From Verrucomicrobiota bacterium (GTDB taxonomy: Bacteria; Verrucomicrobiota; Verrucomicrobiia; Opitutales; Coraliomargaritaceae), in the NCBI GenBank assembly GCA_039815375.1, contig JBCBZJ010000004.1:64001-128000 (forward strand): DNA of 64,000 bases, written 5' to 3'. Made by a program: the position numbers and the translations under genes. The first letter of the stretch is position 1; every line of letters begins with the position of its first letter. Of this stretch, positions 59,840 through 64,000 are shown in pieces. The notes beneath the pieces are model-generated. The model made no database searches and had not been told where the DNA came from. It saw nothing but the letters and a program-made list of their open reading frames with translations.

Positions 59840-62800
59840 ATGAAAACATCTCAGAACCAATCACTTCCTCGCACCTTCTGGTGGCACAACATCACTGCGT
59901 TCTGTGGCGCCATGAACGACAATCTGTTCAAGCTGCTAATGGTCTATGCCCTAATTACCTGGCATGGAGAAACGGTTTCCGGCACTATCCTCGCCTCCGT
60001 CGGCCTGGTCTTCGCTCTCCCCTATCTGCTTATCGTGCCGATCGCAGGTAGCTTTGCCGACAAGTTCAGCAAGCGAAAGATCATCGTCGGCCTGAAGGCC
60101 GCAGAAATCGGAATCATGGGATTTGGTGTGCTCGCACTCGCTTTGCACAGCAGCGTGTTGCTCTACATCACCATGTTTTTGATGTCCTCACAGAGCGCAT
60201 TCTTTGGCCCCTGCAAATACGGACTGATCCCGGAACAAGTCGGAACCGAGCGACTTTCCAGAGCCAATGGTTCGATACAGCTCTTCACTTTCCTCGCGAT
60301 TATTATGGGAACGATTCTCGCACCAGAGCTCAGTAACCTGCTCAACGGTAAATATGCTCTAGCCGCCTCCGCCAGTTTACTCATCGCGGCCATTGGCTTT
60401 GCCTGTTCACTTCAAATTGAGACCTCGCCTTCCTATCCTCACCGCAAGATTAGTTTCAACGGTTTCGGCAACTTAAAGCAGTCTTTCCGCCAGATCAAAA
60501 ATGACAGCTACCTATCACTGTCAATTCTGGCCCTAACATCCTTCAGTCTAATCGGAGCTTACATACAGCTGAACGTGCTGAATTTTGGATTCGAGCACCT
60601 CGGTCTGAGCCATGAGCACGCCACTCGACTTTTCCTTGTCACTGCTATCGGCATCGGCATCGGCTCGACCGTAGCAGGCTGGCTCAGTGGGCGCTCTATT
60701 GAGTTTGGCATCGTTCCGATTGGAGCGGGCATCATGTGTGGCTCTCTACTAACCCTAGGTCTATTACCCGAAGGAAGCATTGCGCTGGCATCCCTAAGTA
60801 TGCTTAGTCTCGGCTTTGCGGCTGGTCTCTTCGTTGTTCCGTTGGAATCCTTCTTGCAATACCGTTGCCCGGAAGATCGACGAGGTTCTATCCAGGCCGC
60901 AAATGCATTCTTTAACTGGATCGGCATTCTTGCAGCAAGCGTGCTGATCTATTTAAATTCCTCCGTTCTCGGGTGGACCGCACAGCAGGGCTTCCTCATT
61001 CTGGCAATCGGACTGTTCGGGCTGACGCTCTTCAGCCTATGGATTCTACCGGACTTCCTGGTCAAGTTCATCCTCCTGATCATCACACGCTTCTGTTATC
61101 GCATCAATGTTCGCGGCATACGGAATCTCCCGGCGGATCAACCGGCTCTTCTCGTTTCAAATCATGTTAGTTTGATGGATGCCCTCCTCATCTCGGCCTG
61201 TCAGCAGCGGCGCATTCGTATGTTGATGTCGCGTAATTTCTACAAAGAAGCCAGTTGGCTCACAAAAAAGATTTGCGACCTTGCTGGAGTTATCAAAATC
61301 CACACAGAGGATAATCCGAAAAAACTGATCCATTCTCTGAGAGATGCCCGCAAAGCTTTGGACGAGGGCTATCTGGTATGTGTCTTCGCGGAAGGTGCTT
61401 TAACAAGGACTGGTATGATGCGCCCGTTCAAGTCCGGGTTTGAGCGTATCGTCAAAGGCACCAACTACCCAATCATCCCGGTCTATATCGGTGGCATCTG
61501 GGGCAGCATCGCCAGTTATCGTTATGGCATGCCCAAAATGCGCCCATTGCGAGATTTGCGTTACCCTGTGAGTATTCACTTTGGCCAGGCTCTACCCACT
61601 CAATCGACGACCTTCGAAGTCCAGCAGGCCGTTAGCGAGTTATCCGTAGACACTTTCGAAGTCCGAAAAGAAAACCGGAAAAGCCTTCCTCACGAATTTA
61701 TTCTTAGTGCCAGACGAAACTGGAACAAACTCGCCATTGTTGAGAGTAATGGCCGCAAACTCAAGTTCTCGGAGACACTCACAGCTGCAATACTTCTTCG
61801 CAATTCGCTCCGCAGCCATACTCAAAACGAAGAACAACATATTGGCATTCTTCTGCCTAACAGCGCTGGATCCTGCCTGTCCAACCTCGCGATCTCCCTG
61901 AGCCGCCAGATAAGCGTCAACCTGAATTATACGGCTCCATCCGATGTAATCCGCTCTGCCCAGGAACAGTGCAAAATCCGCACACTGATCACGTCACGCC
62001 AGTTCATTGAACGATTTCCAAACCTGCCTCTCCCTGAGAACACGCTCTACATCGAAGATCTATTTCAGCAGGCATCTAAACTCTCAGGGCTGATGGCATA
62101 TCTTAAAGCCCGCTTTCTGCCGGCCGGCCTCCTAAGCCAAGCCAACCGTTTTCAGGCCGACGACACCGCGACCATCCTGTTCTCCAGTGGCTCCACCGAT
62201 GAGCCCAAGGGCGTGATATTAAGCCACCATAATCTACTCTCCAATATCGAATCCTTCCGATCCGTCCTCGGACCGAAACGTGAGGACGTTATGCTTGGGA
62301 TCCTGCCTCACTTCCACTCTTTCGGATATACTGCCACTTTTTGGTTCCCGCTAATTTCAGGTCTATCCATAGCAAATCATCCAAATCCATTGGAGGCTGA
62401 GAGCATTGGTCGTCTTGCTGAGAAATCCAAGGCAAGCATCCTCCTCACCACCCCCAGCTTTTTGCTGGCCTATACCCGAAAGATAAAACCCAAGCAGTTT
62501 GAACATCTCCGCCACGTCTTCACCGGTGCCGAAAAGCTCCCATCACGCATTGCGGATATGTTCGAGAAACGCTTCGGTCGACGCCCGCTTGAAGGCTATG
62601 GTGCAACTGAGCTTTCCCCGGTTTGTGCACTTAGTTTACCAAACGTAGAAATCGACTCACTCGAAGAAACCGGCCATCGCCAGCAACGCCTGGGCCGCGT
62701 CCTGCCCGGCATGGCAATACGCATTGTCCATCCGGAAACTTTTGAGAAGCTTGGCCCCGGCAAGGAAGGAATGATCTGTATCAAGGGCCCCAACGTCATG

Positions 62801-63253
62801 CAGGGATACCTCAATAAACCCGAGCTGACAAACTCGGCAATTCGGGATGGATGGTATATCACGGGTGACATCGGCCTGATCGATACAGACGGCTTTTTCG
62901 CCATTACCGGACGTCTCTCCAGATTCAGCAAAATAGGAGGCGAGATGATCTCACATGGCGCGATTGAAAAGGCACTGCAGAGCGCGCTCCAGGTCACTCC
63001 CGAAGCCCTTGCGGTGGTTGCAAAGACCGACGACCGAAAGGGTGAAAAGCTCGTCGTTATTCATACATGTGAGGTCAGCATCGTGGGCCTTGCTGAACAC
63101 CTCAAGAGCCTGAACATTCCAAACCTGTGGAAACCCAGTCCGCGGGATTGGATTTGTGTAGAAAGACTCCCTTTATTGGGTAGCGGAAAGCTCGACTACC
63201 GCACGATGAAGGATTTGGCCGGATCGCATGAAGCAGGGTCTGTCGCTTCTTAA
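59840..63253 (+). CDS. aas: Trifunctional LplT-like MFS / PlsC acyltransferase / acyl-ACP synthetase (Aas fusion)
   Basis: MFS (NDNLFK, QSAFFGPCKYGLIPE); NHVSLMD and FAEGALTRTG; FSSGSTDEPKGV, EGYGATE, WYITGD, RFSKIGGEM, LGSGKLD. Confidence 0.93.
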   Translation: MKTSQNQSLPRTFWWHNITAFCGAMNDNLFKLLMVYALITWHGETVSGTILASVGLVFALPYLLIVPIAGSFADKFSKRKIIVGLKAAEIGIMGFGVLALALHSSVLLYITMFLMSSQSAFFGPCKYGLIPEQVGTERLSRANGSIQLFTFLAIIMGTILAPELSNLLNGKYALAASASLLIAAIGFACSLQIETSPSYPHRKISFNGFGNLKQSFRQIKNDSYLSLSILALTSFSLIGAYIQLNVLNFGFEHLGLSHEHATRLFLVTAIGIGIGSTVAGWLSGRSIEFGIVPIGAGIMCGSLLTLGLLPEGSIALASLSMLSLGFAAGLFVVPLESFLQYRCPEDRRGSIQAANAFFNWIGILAASVLIYLNSSVLGWTAQQGFLILAIGLFGLTLFSLWILPDFLVKFILLIITRFCYRINVRGIRNLPADQPALLVSNHVSLMDALLISACQQRRIRMLMSRNFYKEASWLTKKICDLAGVIKIHTEDNPKKLIHSLRDARKALDEGYLVCVFAEGALTRTGMMRPFKSGFERIVKGTNYPIIPVYIGGIWGSIASYRYGMPKMRPLRDLRYPVSIHFGQALPTQSTTFEVQQAVSELSVDTFEVRKENRKSLPHEFILSARRNWNKLAIVESNGRKLKFSETLTAAILLRNSLRSHTQNEEQHIGILLPNSAGSCLSNLAISLSRQISVNLNYTAPSDVIRSAQEQCKIRTLITSRQFIERFPNLPLPENTLYIEDLFQQASKLSGLMAYLKARFLPAGLLSQANRFQADDTATILFSSGSTDEPKGVILSHHNLLSNIESFRSVLGPKREDVMLGILPHFHSFGYTATFWFPLISGLSIANHPNPLEAESIGRLAEKSKASILLTTPSFLLAYTRKIKPKQFEHLRHVFTGAEKLPSRIADMFEKRFGRRPLEGYGATELSPVCALSLPNVEIDSLEETGHRQQRLGRVLPGMAIRIVHPETFEKLGPGKEGMICIKGPNVMQGYLNKPELTNSAIRDGWYITGDIGLIDTDGFFAITGRLSRFSKIGGEMISHGAIEKALQSALQVTPEALAVVAKTDDRKGEKLVVIHTCEVSIVGLAEHLKSLNIPNLWKPSPRDWICVERLPLLGSGKLDYRTMKDLAGSHEAGSVAS

Positions 63254-63514
63254 GTAAAAGATCTCTACAAAACTGATTGCATAGCTGTCGCACTGGATGT
63301 GCTGTGAAATAGTAACGTTTTTATAAAAAATGATATATTAGCAATAGACCCATTGCCTTCAACTATGGGAAGGATTCGGGCAGGCAAATTCTCTACGGTT
63401 ACCAGCAATAGAAAACCGGCTTTCAATACTATAACGATTTTTTCAGAAGTAGAAACAAGTGCTTTACTAACGCACTCGTAGAAGCTAGTTTTTATACCCT
63501 ATTTTGATCCATTA

Positions 63515-64000
63515 ATGACGGTATCCGAAAAAGAAACTATCGGCTCTCGAGCGAGCGAAAATCTGGAGGATAGCTTTTGGGGAAATGAAATTCTCTCGGG
63601 ACGGATTGAACAGTGGGAAAGAAAGGCTCGCCTCCGTAGTTTGCGTTGGGCGTTCGTAATTCGTATGGCACTCTTGCTCAAGCGACTACTTGATATCGTA
63701 GGATCGATTTTCGCAATTATCGTTAGCGCGCCGATTACGATTTTCACCTGCCTTGCCATTAAGTTGAATGACGGTGGCCCGGTACTCTTCAAGCAGTTGC
63801 GTGTAGGCGAAAGCGGGAGGCTATTCAAGATTTGGAAGTTCCGCTCAATGGTTCTTAATGCGGACCAGATCAAGGACGAGATTCTCGAGCAAAACCAGCA
63901 TGCAGACGGCGTGACCTTCAAGATGAAAGACGACCCGCGCATCACCAAACCGGGCAAATGGATCCGCAAATTGTCGATCGATGAATTCCCACAATTTATT
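63515..64000 (+). CDS. Polyprenyl-phosphate sugar (glycosylphospho)transferase, WcaJ/EpsL-type; runs off the window
   Basis: My translation from ATG 63515: KRLLDIVGS…AIKLNDGGPVLFKQLRVG…FKIWKFRSMV…FKMKDDPRITKPGKWIRKLSIDEFPQF; absent from the ORF track because it has no stop in the window. Confidence 0.93.
   Translation, partial: MTVSEKETIGSRASENLEDSFWGNEILSGRIEQWERKARLRSLRWAFVIRMALLLKRLLDIVGSIFAIIVSAPITIFTCLAIKLNDGGPVLFKQLRVGESGRLFKIWKFRSMVLNADQIKDEILEQNQHADGVTFKMKDDPRITKPGKWIRKLSIDEFPQFI

Noticed and set aside
63340..63425. Possible c-di-GMP-I riboswitch (GGCAAA) upstream of the sugar transferase
   Set aside because: The GNRA tetraloop/receptor and second-stem pattern are not evident.
63499..63969. 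156-aa minus-strand ORF at the window end
   Set aside because: Antisense shadow of the plus-strand sugar transferase starting at 63515.

Overview
A 64 kb chromosomal segment of roughly 50-55% GC (by eye). Gene content and style suggest a Verrucomicrobiota (Opitutia/Puniceicoccales, Coraliomargarita-like) bacterium: a PEP-CTERM protein, long-form IspG, a PTS-IIA/diadenylate cyclase fusion and verrucomicrobial-type C-terminal domains; this assignment is inference. Most genes are housekeeping or metabolic: trmA, an RlmD-like and a TrmH methyltransferase, oleC-oleD, sigma54-driven amtB-glnK, hemF-hemE, trpA, an isolated nuoA, fmt, hisN-like, sulP, metX-metW, a hexuronate cluster, eno, sufE-tatD, mlaEFDCA, tRNA-Gln(TTG), an ATP-dependent ligase with its exonuclease, ispG, marR/aas and the start of a sugar-transferase gene. 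I found no CRISPR array, integrase, transposase or prophage. The best candidates for new biology are: (1) a uronate operon with no dehydratase but two 2-hydroxyacid dehydrogenases from families of opposite stereopreference, which could form a redox C2-epimerisation route from mannonate to gluconate; (2) a PTS EIIA-fused diadenylate cyclase; (3) a sensorless hybrid 'kinase' with a dead ATP-binding domain, downstream of oleCD; (4) an operon of three large exported proteins that I cannot assign to a family; (5) GGTAG-anchored REP-like inverted doublets whose hairpin stems differ in sequence but still pair. All calls come from reading the sequence; no database searches were run.
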